Of a stretch of 64,000 bases of DNA, positions 26,816 through 36,778 are shown one piece after another. The notes beneath the pieces are model-generated. The model was not told where the DNA came from and made no database searches. It saw nothing but the letters and a program-made list of their open reading frames with translations. The position numbers were made by a program, and so were the translations under genes. Each line of letters begins with the position of its first letter. The stretch's first letter is position 1. The DNA lies in contig JAYQTH010000001.1 of assembly GCA_038147295.1 (NCBI GenBank), positions 1,010-65,009 of the forward strand. Reading direction: 5' to 3'. This stretch comes from Gammaproteobacteria bacterium. GTDB lineage: Bacteria > Pseudomonadota > Gammaproteobacteria > Magnimaribacterales > TMED112.

Positions 26816-28497
26816 TGACTTACGATTACATTATTGTTGGTGGTGGTTCAGCTGGCTGCGTATTGGCAAGCAGGTTAACTGAAAACCCAGATGTATCTGT
26901 GTGCTTAATTGAAACTGGGCCTCCTGATAAATCGCCATTAATCCATATCCCTGCAATGTATGCTTTTCTCGTCAATGAGAAGGGAGAATCGGAATTTGCT
27001 TATCAGTACGATACTGTGCCTCAAAAAGAATTTTCAACTGTAACCATAAAAGAAGGTTCGGCGAGAGTCAGTGATAACTTGGGTGGAACGTACCAAATAC
27101 CTCAAGATATCCAAGAACACAGGAAAGGTTTTCAACCACGGGGGAAAACACTTGGTGGGTCGAGCTCTATAAACGGTATGCTTTACGTTCGTGGTCATAA
27201 ATGGGATTACGATCATTGGTCTAATCTTGGCAACCAAGGGTGGAGCTATGACGATGTTTTACCATATTTTAAAAAGTCTGAAAATAATGAGGTTTTCACT
27301 AACCATCTGCACGGACAAAACGGTCCATTGAACGTTGCCGGACTTCAACATGACAATCCCTTCACTAGATCTTTTGTTGAAGCAGGCTCCAAACTATATA
27401 AAGAAAATGATGACTTTAACGGTGAAGAGCAGGAAGGCGTAGGAATTTATCAGGTTACTCAAAAAAATGGAAGAAGATGCAGTGCAGCAGTTGCTTTCTT
27501 AACAGAAGCAAAAAAAAGAAAAAACCTTTCAATCCTAACAGAAACAACAGTTGATAAAGTAAATTTTGAAAACTTGGTTGCACGCTCAGTTTCCTGCATA
27601 AAGAAAGGATCATCGTTTGAGATAAATGCCAATAAAGAAATTATCTTAAGTGGTGGAGCATACGGCTCACCAACTATACTTCTTCGCTCGGGTATTGGTG
27701 ATCAAAGCTATTTAAACTCAAAAGAAATTGATTGTGTTGTTGATCTTAAAGGTGTTGGAGAAAACCTGCAAGATCACTTGGATTATATAACCTCACATCG
27801 TGTAGATAGTTGGGATTTAATGGGAGCACCTTTTAGATCTGGGAAGTTTACTCTTAGAGCCCCATTAGAATTACTCAAACTTTTTTTCAACAACACTGGC
27901 ATGTTTACTTCCCCTCTTGCAGAAGGAGGGGCTTTTCTAAAAACTGAAAAACACTTAGAAATACCAGATATTCAGCTTCACTTTGTTGTTGGAATGGTTG
28001 AAGATCATGGTCGCGCTGAAATATGGGGCAATGGTTTCAGTTGTCATATGTGCTTACTGAGACCAAAATCTATCGGAACTGTAAAAATTGCATCCAAGAA
28101 TCCAGATGACGATCCATTGATTGATCCAAACTATCTGTCCAATCGAGAAGATATCGCAACGATGGTAAAAGGCTATAAGATAATGATGGAAATTATGAAT
28201 TCCGAACCCTTGGCGCAATACCAAAACATCAGATATCCAATAAACATTAATGATGATAAAGCCATTGAATCAGCTATTCGAACAAGAGCAGATACAATTT
28301 ATCATCCTGTGGGCACCTGTAAAATGGGGCATGATGAAATGTCAGTTGTAGATGACAAGCTTCGTGTCAAAGGAGTAAAGAATCTTAGAGTAGTAGATGC
28401 ATCAATTATGCCAACTCTTGTTGGTGGCAATACAAATGCGCCTACAATAATGATAGCTGAGAAGGCATCTGATATGATAAAAGAGGAAATCAAATGA
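26815..28497 (+). CDS. GMC-family FAD oxidoreductase (AlkJ/BetA-like)
   Basis: GGGSAG, PRGKTLGGSSSINGM, GVGENLQDH, YHPVGTC, GNTNAP. Confidence 0.93.
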   Translation: MTYDYIIVGGGSAGCVLASRLTENPDVSVCLIETGPPDKSPLIHIPAMYAFLVNEKGESEFAYQYDTVPQKEFSTVTIKEGSARVSDNLGGTYQIPQDIQEHRKGFQPRGKTLGGSSSINGMLYVRGHKWDYDHWSNLGNQGWSYDDVLPYFKKSENNEVFTNHLHGQNGPLNVAGLQHDNPFTRSFVEAGSKLYKENDDFNGEEQEGVGIYQVTQKNGRRCSAAVAFLTEAKKRKNLSILTETTVDKVNFENLVARSVSCIKKGSSFEINANKEIILSGGAYGSPTILLRSGIGDQSYLNSKEIDCVVDLKGVGENLQDHLDYITSHRVDSWDLMGAPFRSGKFTLRAPLELLKLFFNNTGMFTSPLAEGGAFLKTEKHLEIPDIQLHFVVGMVEDHGRAEIWGNGFSCHMCLLRPKSIGTVKIASKNPDDDPLIDPNYLSNREDIATMVKGYKIMMEIMNSEPLAQYQNIRYPININDDKAIESAIRTRADTIYHPVGTCKMGHDEMSVVDDKLRVKGVKNLRVVDASIMPTLVGGNTNAPTIMIAEKASDMIKEEIK

Positions 28498-29201
28498 CAC
28501 CTGAACCATTTTCATTACTAGATCCTTGGCACTTATTAAATGTAGTATTTTTTATAAGTACTGCCGTTTACCTGCCCTTTGCTTTTAGAAATGCTTCGGA
28601 GAAAATCAAGGTTTATTTTAGATACCTACTCGCCATAATCATTTTGATCCATGAAACTACCAATCCTTTTTTTAAAATAACCGAACGAGGTTTTGACTGG
28701 TGGGATGCTATGCCTATTCATATGTGTGGCTTCTCGTCTTGGTGCATAGCTTTTTACTTAATAACTAAATATAGGCCTCTATTTATTTTTGCATTCTTTT
28801 GGGGTCTTGCAGGTGGAGGCATGTCAATCTTAACACCTGACATTGTTTTAGGATTTCCTGCGCTGGAATATTTGGATACGATGTGGGGACACTCTTTAAT
28901 TTTGATGGGAGTATTTACTGCAATATTTCAAATGAATGAAAGACCCTATTTGAACGACTATTTCTATCTGATGGTAATGACCACTTTTATATTTTTACCC
29001 TTAGTCTATTTATTCAATATTTATTTCGGAACAAATTATTGGTTTGTTGTTGAGAAACCGTATGGAGATAATCTAATGAACTTTTTCCCAGATCCGCTTC
29101 CTGGGAAACCTTATCATTTGCTTGGCTTAATTCCAGCAGCTTATGCAATCACTTTCCTTTTATACATTCCTTACTTATTGAAAGACAAAAATGCCCAGTG
29201 A
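28494..29201 (+). CDS. Second TIGR02206/YwaF (TMEM164-family) membrane protein
   Basis: MPIHMC, SILTPD, MWGH, TNYWF..KP...NLM. Confidence 0.82.
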   Translation: MTPEPFSLLDPWHLLNVVFFISTAVYLPFAFRNASEKIKVYFRYLLAIIILIHETTNPFFKITERGFDWWDAMPIHMCGFSSWCIAFYLITKYRPLFIFAFFWGLAGGGMSILTPDIVLGFPALEYLDTMWGHSLILMGVFTAIFQMNERPYLNDYFYLMVMTTFIFLPLVYLFNIYFGTNYWFVVEKPYGDNLMNFFPDPLPGKPYHLLGLIPAAYAITFLLYIPYLLKDKNAQ

Positions 29202-29880
29202 ATTCAATAGAATTCATTACGAAGAAGTAACCTCAACCAATGATGTATGCAAAGAGGAGCACAAGAAAAGCTCTACAATAACCGTTATAACTGCAGACAA
29301 ACAAACCCAAGGCAGAGGAAGAAGTAATAAAGCTTGGGCAAGCCCCAAAGGTAATGTGTCTTTTTCTTTTGGTTTTACCAGCTCAAGATTAATTGATGGC
29401 TTGAGTGTGAAGGCGGGACTTACTGTAGCTAAGACTATTTCTAAATCTCTTAGAAGGCCTGTCAAACTAAAATGGCCCAACGATCTTATCTTTGAATCAA
29501 AAAAGGTTGGGGGCATATTGGTCGAAGCAGAGAATGTCGAAGAAAAATTTATTTTAGTGATTGGCATAGGTATAAACTTTTCAATAGTACCTAAGGAGGG
29601 GCACTGGGGTGACCTAAATATTGACAATTATCAATTGAAAGAAAAGTTTATATCCGAATTAATTAAAAATTTACTAAGAGATATTGTTGATGATCCTTCT
29701 CCTGACTGGTATCGAGAGTGGAATGAATACTGCGTGCACCTCAACCATGAAGTGGAACTAGAAAATAATGAGACTTATGTTTTTAAAGGTGTTAACAATC
29801 TGGGAAGAATGATCGGAGAAAAAAGCTCCCAAACATATGAAATATCTGAGAGCTCGTTAAAAGTTAAAGGTCTTTATTAA
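29191..29880 (+). CDS. birA: Biotin--protein ligase (no N-terminal HTH)
   Basis: STND, QTQGRGR..W.SP, KWPND, KVGGILVE, GIGIN. Confidence 0.93.
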   Translation: MPSEFNRIHYEEVTSTNDVCKEEHKKSSTITVITADKQTQGRGRSNKAWASPKGNVSFSFGFTSSRLIDGLSVKAGLTVAKTISKSLRRPVKLKWPNDLIFESKKVGGILVEAENVEEKFILVIGIGINFSIVPKEGHWGDLNIDNYQLKEKFISELIKNLLRDIVDDPSPDWYREWNEYCVHLNHEVELENNETYVFKGVNNLGRMIGEKSSQTYEISESSLKVKGLY

Positions 29881-30609
29881 CTATTCATTAGTTAAGTAGT
29901 AACCATTTTGTTGCCAAAGAAAAAGTTCTTCAGAAAGATCGCCGTGACCTACTAGTTCTCCATCTTCATTGAAAACAAATCTTTCAACATTCCACCAATT
30001 AACTTCTGCACCTTCACCGTTGGTTCCAGATAGTTCAAATGCTGCATAAACCACATTGTCTTCAGCAATCAAAGGTCTAAATGTTTTTATAGAGGGGCGA
30101 TTGTCATATCCTTCCCAGCCTTCTTGATTTGCTAAAACCTGTTCTTTAGTGGCAGTTTGTTCTTGTGCTGCTCTTACTAGAGTCATTGAAAGCTCCTCGC
30201 CATCACGTTCAAGAACAATATTTACTTCACCACCTATTGCGCCTTGAAAAGGTAGATCTTCTACATTTTCAACCGTTGCCTCTATACCATTAACTGAAAT
30301 AAATTTATCTCCAGGTTTAAAGTTTTCCTTGGCTGGAGATCTCATTGCTTCAATGACTGTAAGATTTTCCTGGTCAATTTGAAAACCTAGACCGACATAT
30401 CTACCATTCCATCTAACATAATCATCAGCAAGTATGCTGTGGTATGCCTCTATCCATTCTTCCTTGGTACCATTGCTCCAAGCATCATATACAGCCTGAA
30501 TTTTAGCTTTATTTGCATCAGACTGCTTGCCTGACGATGCCTCCGCTCCACAAGCAGCTAAAAGCAATAGCAGGCTTATAGAAAATAGTAATTGAGTTAA
30601 TTTTTTCAT
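29881..30609 (-). CDS. Lipoprotein with SnoaL/NTF2-like and PDZ-like segments
   Basis: LAAC lipobox; YVGLGF...SPA...KPGDKFISVNG...LERDG PDZ-like segment flanked by SnoaL-like ILADDYVRW and IAEDNVVYA...FVFNEDGEL; AGGAG SD. Confidence 0.65.
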   Translation of the reverse strand: MKKLTQLLFSISLLLLLAACGAEASSGKQSDANKAKIQAVYDAWSNGTKEEWIEAYHSILADDYVRWNGRYVGLGFQIDQENLTVIEAMRSPAKENFKPGDKFISVNGIEATVENVEDLPFQGAIGGEVNIVLERDGEELSMTLVRAAQEQTATKEQVLANQEGWEGYDNRPSIKTFRPLIAEDNVVYAAFELSGTNGEGAEVNWWNVERFVFNEDGELVGHGDLSEELFLWQQNGYYLTNE

Positions 30610-30734
30610 ATTCCTCCTTTATGAATTAACTAATTAAAGATAAAACAAAATACAAAAAAAGTCCTTGGTTCAGATAAAAAATACTATTGCTTTACGAAAT
30701 TGAATTCATTACATTTGAGAGAGGCCAGAATCGT

Positions 30735-31349
30735 ATGTTAAAAATTTACGGCACCGAAGGAGCAAGATCTATTAGACCAATCTGGGTTGCAGAGGAGCTT
30801 GGCATTGAATATGAATTAGAAATGATGCCCTTCCCTCCAAGAGTATTTCATAAAGAATTTCTAGAAATAAATATGCTTGGGACCGTTCCATATCTTGTGG
30901 ATGGTGATGTAAGAATGACTGAATCAGTTGCGATGTGTCAGTACATTGCAGAAAGATATGGGCCGACAGATTTACTGATTGACTCATCGGAGACAGATTA
31001 TCCAAACTATCTAAACTGGTTATATCACTCGGATGCTACTCTCACTTTCCCACAGACAGTTGTTATGAGATATAAACTTATGGAGCCTGGGGTTGCCGAT
31101 GAAGCAATTGAGGGTTACAGCAGGTGGTTTGTTTCAAGATTAAAATTGCTTGAGTCTGAACTAGAAGGCAAAGATTACTTATGCTCCGATCGATTTTCTA
31201 TTGCAGACATTTGTGTGAGTTATGCAATTCACCTAGCAAAAAGATTAGGAATACATCAAGCGATGAAACCAAATATCACAAGATGGAGTGATAATCTTTT
31301 TCAAAGAAAAGCGTATCAAACATCAATTAGCTTTAAATTCGAAGCATAG
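30735..31349 (+). CDS. Glutathione S-transferase family protein (start reassigned to ATG at 30735)
   Basis: RSIR..W..EELG, GTVPYL.DG, TES.A..QY, FSIADI. Confidence 0.9.
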   Translation: MLKIYGTEGARSIRPIWVAEELGIEYELEMMPFPPRVFHKEFLEINMLGTVPYLVDGDVRMTESVAMCQYIAERYGPTDLLIDSSETDYPNYLNWLYHSDATLTFPQTVVMRYKLMEPGVADEAIEGYSRWFVSRLKLLESELEGKDYLCSDRFSIADICVSYAIHLAKRLGIHQAMKPNITRWSDNLFQRKAYQTSISFKFEA

Positions 31350-31418
31350 CTATATTATGCGAAGTTAGATTTTATTATTTTTAAATTTTATTTTATAATA
31401 TTTTTTAAAAGGGTCTAA

Positions 31419-33065
31419 ATGTACAAAAATATCGCACCAATATTAAAAACTAATCTAGATACCTCGTCAGATATCTTTATAAAAAATAAAGATATGATGC
31501 TAGATAAAATTAACTACCTTAACTCATTGCTTAAAGAGGTAGAGATGGGTGGTGGGCAATACCATCTTGATAGGCTGGCTGCTAAGGGCAAAATGCCTGT
31601 ACGGGATCGGGTTAAAAACCTACTTGATCAAGATGCTCCTTTCTTAGAGTTATCTCCATATGCAGCTTGGGGTACCTCTTATACGGTTGGCGGAGGCTGT
31701 GTCGGTGGGATAGGTGTTGTAGCAGGAAAGGAATGTGTGATCTTTGCAAACGATCCATCTGTTTTAGGTGGAGCAATGAGCGTCTATGTATGGGAAAAAT
31801 GGATGAGATGCATCGAGGTGGCTCGTGAAAATAGATTGCCATTCATCAACTTAGTTGAATCCGCTGGTGCTGATCTTAGAGGAAGGCAAGACACATCAAA
31901 TAATAAAGCACGACAGCTGGATAATTTTCATTTTGCCTCCTCAGGACGAACCTTCTATGAAATGACTGAATTATCAAAATTAAAAATCCCTGTAGTTTCT
32001 ATAGTTTTTGGCTCAAGCACAGCTGGGGGAGCATATCAACCTGGTATGTCTGACTACAATATTTTTATTAAGAACAAATCAAAGGCATTTCTTGCAGGCC
32101 CTCCCCTAGTACAGATGGCAACAGGTGAAATATCAGATGATGAAACTTTAGGTGGAGCTAAAATGCATTCGGAAGTCTCTGGCTTTTCTGATTATCTAGC
32201 TGAAGATGAGATGGATGCCTTAAGGATATGTAGAAATGTTGTTAGCCACCTTAACATTGTCAAAAGAAGTAACTTTGCATTAACCAAATTTAATGACCCT
32301 TTATATGATTCCGATGGATTGTTGGGGTTATTTAGTGAAGACCTTAAGTCCCAAGTAGATATAAGAGAGGTCATAATGAGATTTGTTGATGGTTCACAAT
32401 TTGAAGAATTCAAACCTCTCTATGGCTCATCAATGGTTTGTGGCTGGGCAAATGTTTTTGGCTATCCAGTAGGTATTCTTGGCAATAATGGTCCAATTTA
32501 TCCCGAAACAGCAGAAAAATCAGCATCTTTTATTCAGCTTTGCAATCAAACCAATATACCATTGGTTTTTTTACACAACGTTACAGGATTCTTGGTTGGA
32601 AAAGAATATGAGCGACAAGGAATTATAAAAAAAGGAGCTCAGCTCATAAACACTGTGTCTAATTCTACAGTGCCACATATATCTTTCATCCTTGGAGCAT
32701 CGTATGGTGCAGGAACTTATGCAATGTCAGGTAAAGCCTACAACAACCGATTTCTTTTTACATGGCCAACTGCAAAAATAGCTGTCATGGGTCCCAAGCA
32801 GTTTGCTGGAGTAATGTCTCTTGTAAGAAGAGCAAAAGCGAAAAGGAAAGGTGAAGAATTTGATGAGAAATTAGACAAGCAATTGGTGGAGTTGGTTGAA
32901 AATGCTGCTGAACAAGAATCTCTAGCATTATCGGCATCAAGCATGCTTACTGACGATGGTATTATCGATCCTAGAGACACCAGAAATGTACTTGGATTTT
33001 GTTTATCTGCTATAGACAACAGTACCATTAAGGGTGCAGATGGATATGGGGTCTTTAGGTTATGA
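31419..33065 (+). CDS. Acyl-CoA carboxylase beta (carboxyltransferase) subunit, AtuC/MccB-like
   Basis: VESAGADL, GSSTAGGAYQP, LAGPPLV, GASYGAG, DDGIIDPRDTR. Confidence 0.9.
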   Translation: MYKNIAPILKTNLDTSSDIFIKNKDMMLDKINYLNSLLKEVEMGGGQYHLDRLAAKGKMPVRDRVKNLLDQDAPFLELSPYAAWGTSYTVGGGCVGGIGVVAGKECVIFANDPSVLGGAMSVYVWEKWMRCIEVARENRLPFINLVESAGADLRGRQDTSNNKARQLDNFHFASSGRTFYEMTELSKLKIPVVSIVFGSSTAGGAYQPGMSDYNIFIKNKSKAFLAGPPLVQMATGEISDDETLGGAKMHSEVSGFSDYLAEDEMDALRICRNVVSHLNIVKRSNFALTKFNDPLYDSDGLLGLFSEDLKSQVDIREVIMRFVDGSQFEEFKPLYGSSMVCGWANVFGYPVGILGNNGPIYPETAEKSASFIQLCNQTNIPLVFLHNVTGFLVGKEYERQGIIKKGAQLINTVSNSTVPHISFILGASYGAGTYAMSGKAYNNRFLFTWPTAKIAVMGPKQFAGVMSLVRRAKAKRKGEEFDEKLDKQLVELVENAAEQESLALSASSMLTDDGIIDPRDTRNVLGFCLSAIDNSTIKGADGYGVFRL

Positions 33066-34999
33066 AGATCCAAAAGATTCTTGTTGCCAATAGAGGTGAA
33101 ATTGCTCAAAGAATAATTAAAACAATAAGAGAGCTTGGCCTAGATTCAGTTGCCATTTATTCGGATGCAGATATTGATGGCATTCACGTCCATAGTGCGG
33201 ATGAGGCAGTTTTTATTTCAAATGGTTATCTTGACCAAGATCAAATTATACAAAGAGCCAAAGAAATGAATGTCGATGCCATACATCCAGGGTATGGCTT
33301 CCTATCGGAAAATGCAGATTTTTGTCGAAAAGTGATATCGGCAAAAATTAAATGGATAGGTCCTGATCCTGAAACCATTGAATTAATGGGAGATAAGATA
33401 AATTCCAAAGAACTATGTCTAAAAGAAGGCATTCCTACTCTACTAAAAACTACAAATGCTAAAGATGCTACTAAAATTGGATTTCCAATACTTGTTAAAG
33501 CCTCTGCTGGCGGTGGTGGAAAAGGAATGAGGATCGTTGAAAATAAAAAAGATCTTGATGAAGCGATAGATGCCGCAAAAAGAGAGGCAAAATCAAGTTT
33601 TGGTGATGAACGAATATTCCTAGAAAAATACATTAAAAGATCTAGGCATATTGAAGTACAGATACTTGGAGATAATTTTGGCAACGTTGTTCATTTGTAC
33701 GAAAGAGAATGTTCGATTCAACGAAGACATCAAAAAATTATTGAGGAATCGCCATCACCAAGACTGACATCATCTTTAAGATCAGAGATAACCAAATCAG
33801 CAGTAACTCTTGCATCAAAAATTGGATATAAATCTGCAGGCACTGTTGAGTACTTATTCGATGAAGATACCAATGAATTCTGGTTCCTTGAGGTAAACAC
33901 ACGACTTCAGGTTGAGCATCCTGTTACAGAACTTGTAACCTCAGTAGATTTAGTAAAAGAGCAAATTAAAATTGCTGAAGGGAAAAAGCTTAGCTTCAAA
34001 CAAAAAGATATAAAACAAAATGGCTCTGCTATTGAAGTAAGACTTTATGCAGAAAATCCAAAAAATAATTTCTTGCCAGAAATTGGACAAATTGCTGCCC
34101 TATCTTACCCAGATTCAAAATCAGTAAGATGGGATATTGGCATCAAGAAAAACGACGTAATAACTCCCAACTTTGACCCAATGTTGGCAAAAATCATTGC
34201 CTATGGGGAAACAAGAAAACAAGCAACATCTCTGCTAAAAAAAGAACTTGAAAATACTCACCTTGCAGGAATAAGAACCAACAAAGAATTTCTAATTAAG
34301 TGTTTAGAAAATTTATCGTTTAAGAGAGGAAAAACAACATCTGACTTTATTGAGCGTGAAAGCAAAAAACTCTTTGTTGAAAGGGGTAAAAAAGATGTTG
34401 ATGTATTGATGAAAATTGCAACTCTATGGACCCATGAAAAGACTAAAGAAGAAAATATAAGATTGACCTTTTTACCAAGAAATTGGACTAATGGCACACT
34501 GCCTAAATCTTTTGTTGAGTACGAGTATGAAGAGGAACTATTTTGTTATGAATATACTGCTGAAAATCAAGAAATACATATTAATAGAAAACTTTTTGAA
34601 AGAATCTCCACCTCTACAGCATCGAATATAAAACTAACTCCTGAAGGAATTGCACTTCAACTCGATGAAAAATTTATTACCGCAAAGGTAACTGAGAATA
34701 AGGATAATATTACTCTTAACGATGGGTTTGGAGATGTCGTTTTTAAGAGATTGCCAAAATTTAGTGACCCTAATGAACTAATAATTGAAGGGAGTCTTAC
34801 TGCTCCTATGCCTGGAAAGATTTTAAAGATAAATATCAAGAAAGGTTCAAGAGTATCCCAAGGTGAAGCATTAATTATTCTTGAAGCAATGAAAATGGAG
34901 CATACCATCAAAGCCAACACAGAAGGAACTGTAACAGAAGTATTCGTAAAAGTTGGTGATCAAGTAGAAAATGGTGCAGACTTGATGAAGGTAGAGTAA
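33062..34999 (+). CDS. Acyl-CoA carboxylase alpha subunit (biotin carboxylase plus biotin carrier), AtuF/MccA-like
   Basis: ANRGEIA, HPGYGFLSEN, GGGGKGMR, CSIQRRHQK, EVNTRLQVEH, EAMKME. Confidence 0.93.
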   Translation: MKIQKILVANRGEIAQRIIKTIRELGLDSVAIYSDADIDGIHVHSADEAVFISNGYLDQDQIIQRAKEMNVDAIHPGYGFLSENADFCRKVISAKIKWIGPDPETIELMGDKINSKELCLKEGIPTLLKTTNAKDATKIGFPILVKASAGGGGKGMRIVENKKDLDEAIDAAKREAKSSFGDERIFLEKYIKRSRHIEVQILGDNFGNVVHLYERECSIQRRHQKIIEESPSPRLTSSLRSEITKSAVTLASKIGYKSAGTVEYLFDEDTNEFWFLEVNTRLQVEHPVTELVTSVDLVKEQIKIAEGKKLSFKQKDIKQNGSAIEVRLYAENPKNNFLPEIGQIAALSYPDSKSVRWDIGIKKNDVITPNFDPMLAKIIAYGETRKQATSLLKKELENTHLAGIRTNKEFLIKCLENLSFKRGKTTSDFIERESKKLFVERGKKDVDVLMKIATLWTHEKTKEENIRLTFLPRNWTNGTLPKSFVEYEYEEELFCYEYTAENQEIHINRKLFERISTSTASNIKLTPEGIALQLDEKFITAKVTENKDNITLNDGFGDVVFKRLPKFSDPNELIIEGSLTAPMPGKILKINIKKGSRVSQGEALIILEAMKMEHTIKANTEGTVTEVFVKVGDQVENGADLMKVE

Positions 35000-35002
35000 T
35001 AA

Positions 35003-36778
35003 ATGTCTGAAAATCTTATAAGAATTGGCAACTGTAGTGGATTTTATGGAGATAAACTTTCTGCGGCAAAAGAAATGGTTGAAGGCGGCCCTCTGGATGT
35101 TTTGACTGGTGACTACTTAGCAGAACTTACCATGGCTATTCTTTATAGCCAAAAAATTAAAAAAGGGCCAAAAGCTGGATACGTTGGAACCTTTCTAAAA
35201 CAGCTTACTGAGATTGCTGATACGTGTGCTAAAAAAAATATAAAGATTGTGACTAATGCTGGTGGTCTCAACCCAGAAAGCATGACAGAAGAAGCACAAA
35301 AAATTCTTGAGGGTCTAGGCCTTGATTTGAAAATTGCCTACATCACTGGTGATGATTTGTTGCCAAAAATAGACAGCCTAGTGAATGAAGGAGAAAAATT
35401 TATTAATTTGGATACCCAAGAACCATTTTCAAATCAAAACATGGCCACTCTTTCGGCTAATGCATATCTTGGATGTTGGGGGATTAAAAAAGCTCTAGAT
35501 GAAGGTGCAGATATAGTCATTTGTCCAAGAGTCACAGATGCAGCAGTTGTAATGGGTCCAGCTGCTTGGAAATTCAACTGGCAACCAGATCAATACAATC
35601 AACTTGCCGGAGCGCTTGCTGCTGGACACATAATTGAATGTGGAGCTCAAGCAACAGGTGGCAATTATTCGTTCTTTAAAGAAGTTCCATCATTTAGAAA
35701 CATTGGGTATCCCATCGCAGAGATTAAAGAAGATGGCAGCTTTTACATTACAAAACATCCAAATACCGGTGGTTTAGTTTCAAGAGGGACTGTTACGGCA
35801 CAACTACTCTATGAGATTTCATCACCAAAATACCTTAATCCTGATGTTGCTGCACATTTTGACAAGCTGTCTATTGAAGAGATTGCCGAAAACAAGGTAT
35901 ACGTTGCTAACCACTTTGGGAGCCCTCCTCCAAACACATTAAAAGTATGCATGAATAATGCAGGCGGGTTTAAAAATACTATGGAACTAATTATCACAGG
36001 GCTAGATATTGAAGAAAAAGCTAAAATTTTTACTGATGAGCTAGTTGAATCTCTGGGTGGAGAGGAGCTTTACGACGATATTTCTATTCAGTTAATTCGT
36101 ACTGATAAGCCTGATGCACAAACAAATGAAGAAGCAATGGCAACTCTAAAAATTTCTGTTAAATCCCAAGATCCAGTGCTTGCAGGACGACTTTTTTCAG
36201 CAAAGGTAGTTGAACTTGGCCTTGCAAATTATCCAGGCTGGACTGTGCAAAGCGATATCAATTCGGGTAGCCCTTTCATAGAATACTGGCCGACCAGCAT
36301 TCAAAGACAAAGAGTACAAGAAATTGTTCATATAAATGGGAAGGGTTTCAAAATTGAGCAAGCCCAACACGAACCAGAGCAGAATATTGAAGCCGATGAT
36401 TTTGAGGTTATGACAATAGATGGCGACTTATGTGAGATCCAGCTAGGAAGAATATACGGAACAAGGTCTGGTGATAAAGGTGGTTGTGCAAATTTAGGTG
36501 TCTGGGCGAAAGATATGGAATCATTCAATTATTTATATAGTTATCTTACCGTTGATAAATTTAAGGAGCTACTGCCTGATATGGCGCAATATCACATAGA
36601 ACGATTTCACTTGCCAAATATTCTTTCGTTAAATTTCTTGATTAGAGGAATACTTGGTAATGGGGTATCATCAAATGATAGAAGGGATGGTCAGGCTAAG
36701 TCACTAGGAGAATACCTTGGATCAAAAACCATTGATTGTCCAAAACATATAGTGCAAAAATATCATGCAAATAGCTAA
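35003..36778 (+). CDS. atuA: Acyclic terpene utilization AtuA-family protein (DUF1446)
   Basis: SGFYGD, DYLAELT, NAGGLNP, GHIIECG.Q.TGGNY, RSGDKG, DGQAKSLG. Confidence 0.88.
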   Translation: MSENLIRIGNCSGFYGDKLSAAKEMVEGGPLDVLTGDYLAELTMAILYSQKIKKGPKAGYVGTFLKQLTEIADTCAKKNIKIVTNAGGLNPESMTEEAQKILEGLGLDLKIAYITGDDLLPKIDSLVNEGEKFINLDTQEPFSNQNMATLSANAYLGCWGIKKALDEGADIVICPRVTDAAVVMGPAAWKFNWQPDQYNQLAGALAAGHIIECGAQATGGNYSFFKEVPSFRNIGYPIAEIKEDGSFYITKHPNTGGLVSRGTVTAQLLYEISSPKYLNPDVAAHFDKLSIEEIAENKVYVANHFGSPPPNTLKVCMNNAGGFKNTMELIITGLDIEEKAKIFTDELVESLGGEELYDDISIQLIRTDKPDAQTNEEAMATLKISVKSQDPVLAGRLFSAKVVELGLANYPGWTVQSDINSGSPFIEYWPTSIQRQRVQEIVHINGKGFKIEQAQHEPEQNIEADDFEVMTIDGDLCEIQLGRIYGTRSGDKGGCANLGVWAKDMESFNYLYSYLTVDKFKELLPDMAQYHIERFHLPNILSLNFLIRGILGNGVSSNDRRDGQAKSLGEYLGSKTIDCPKHIVQKYHANS

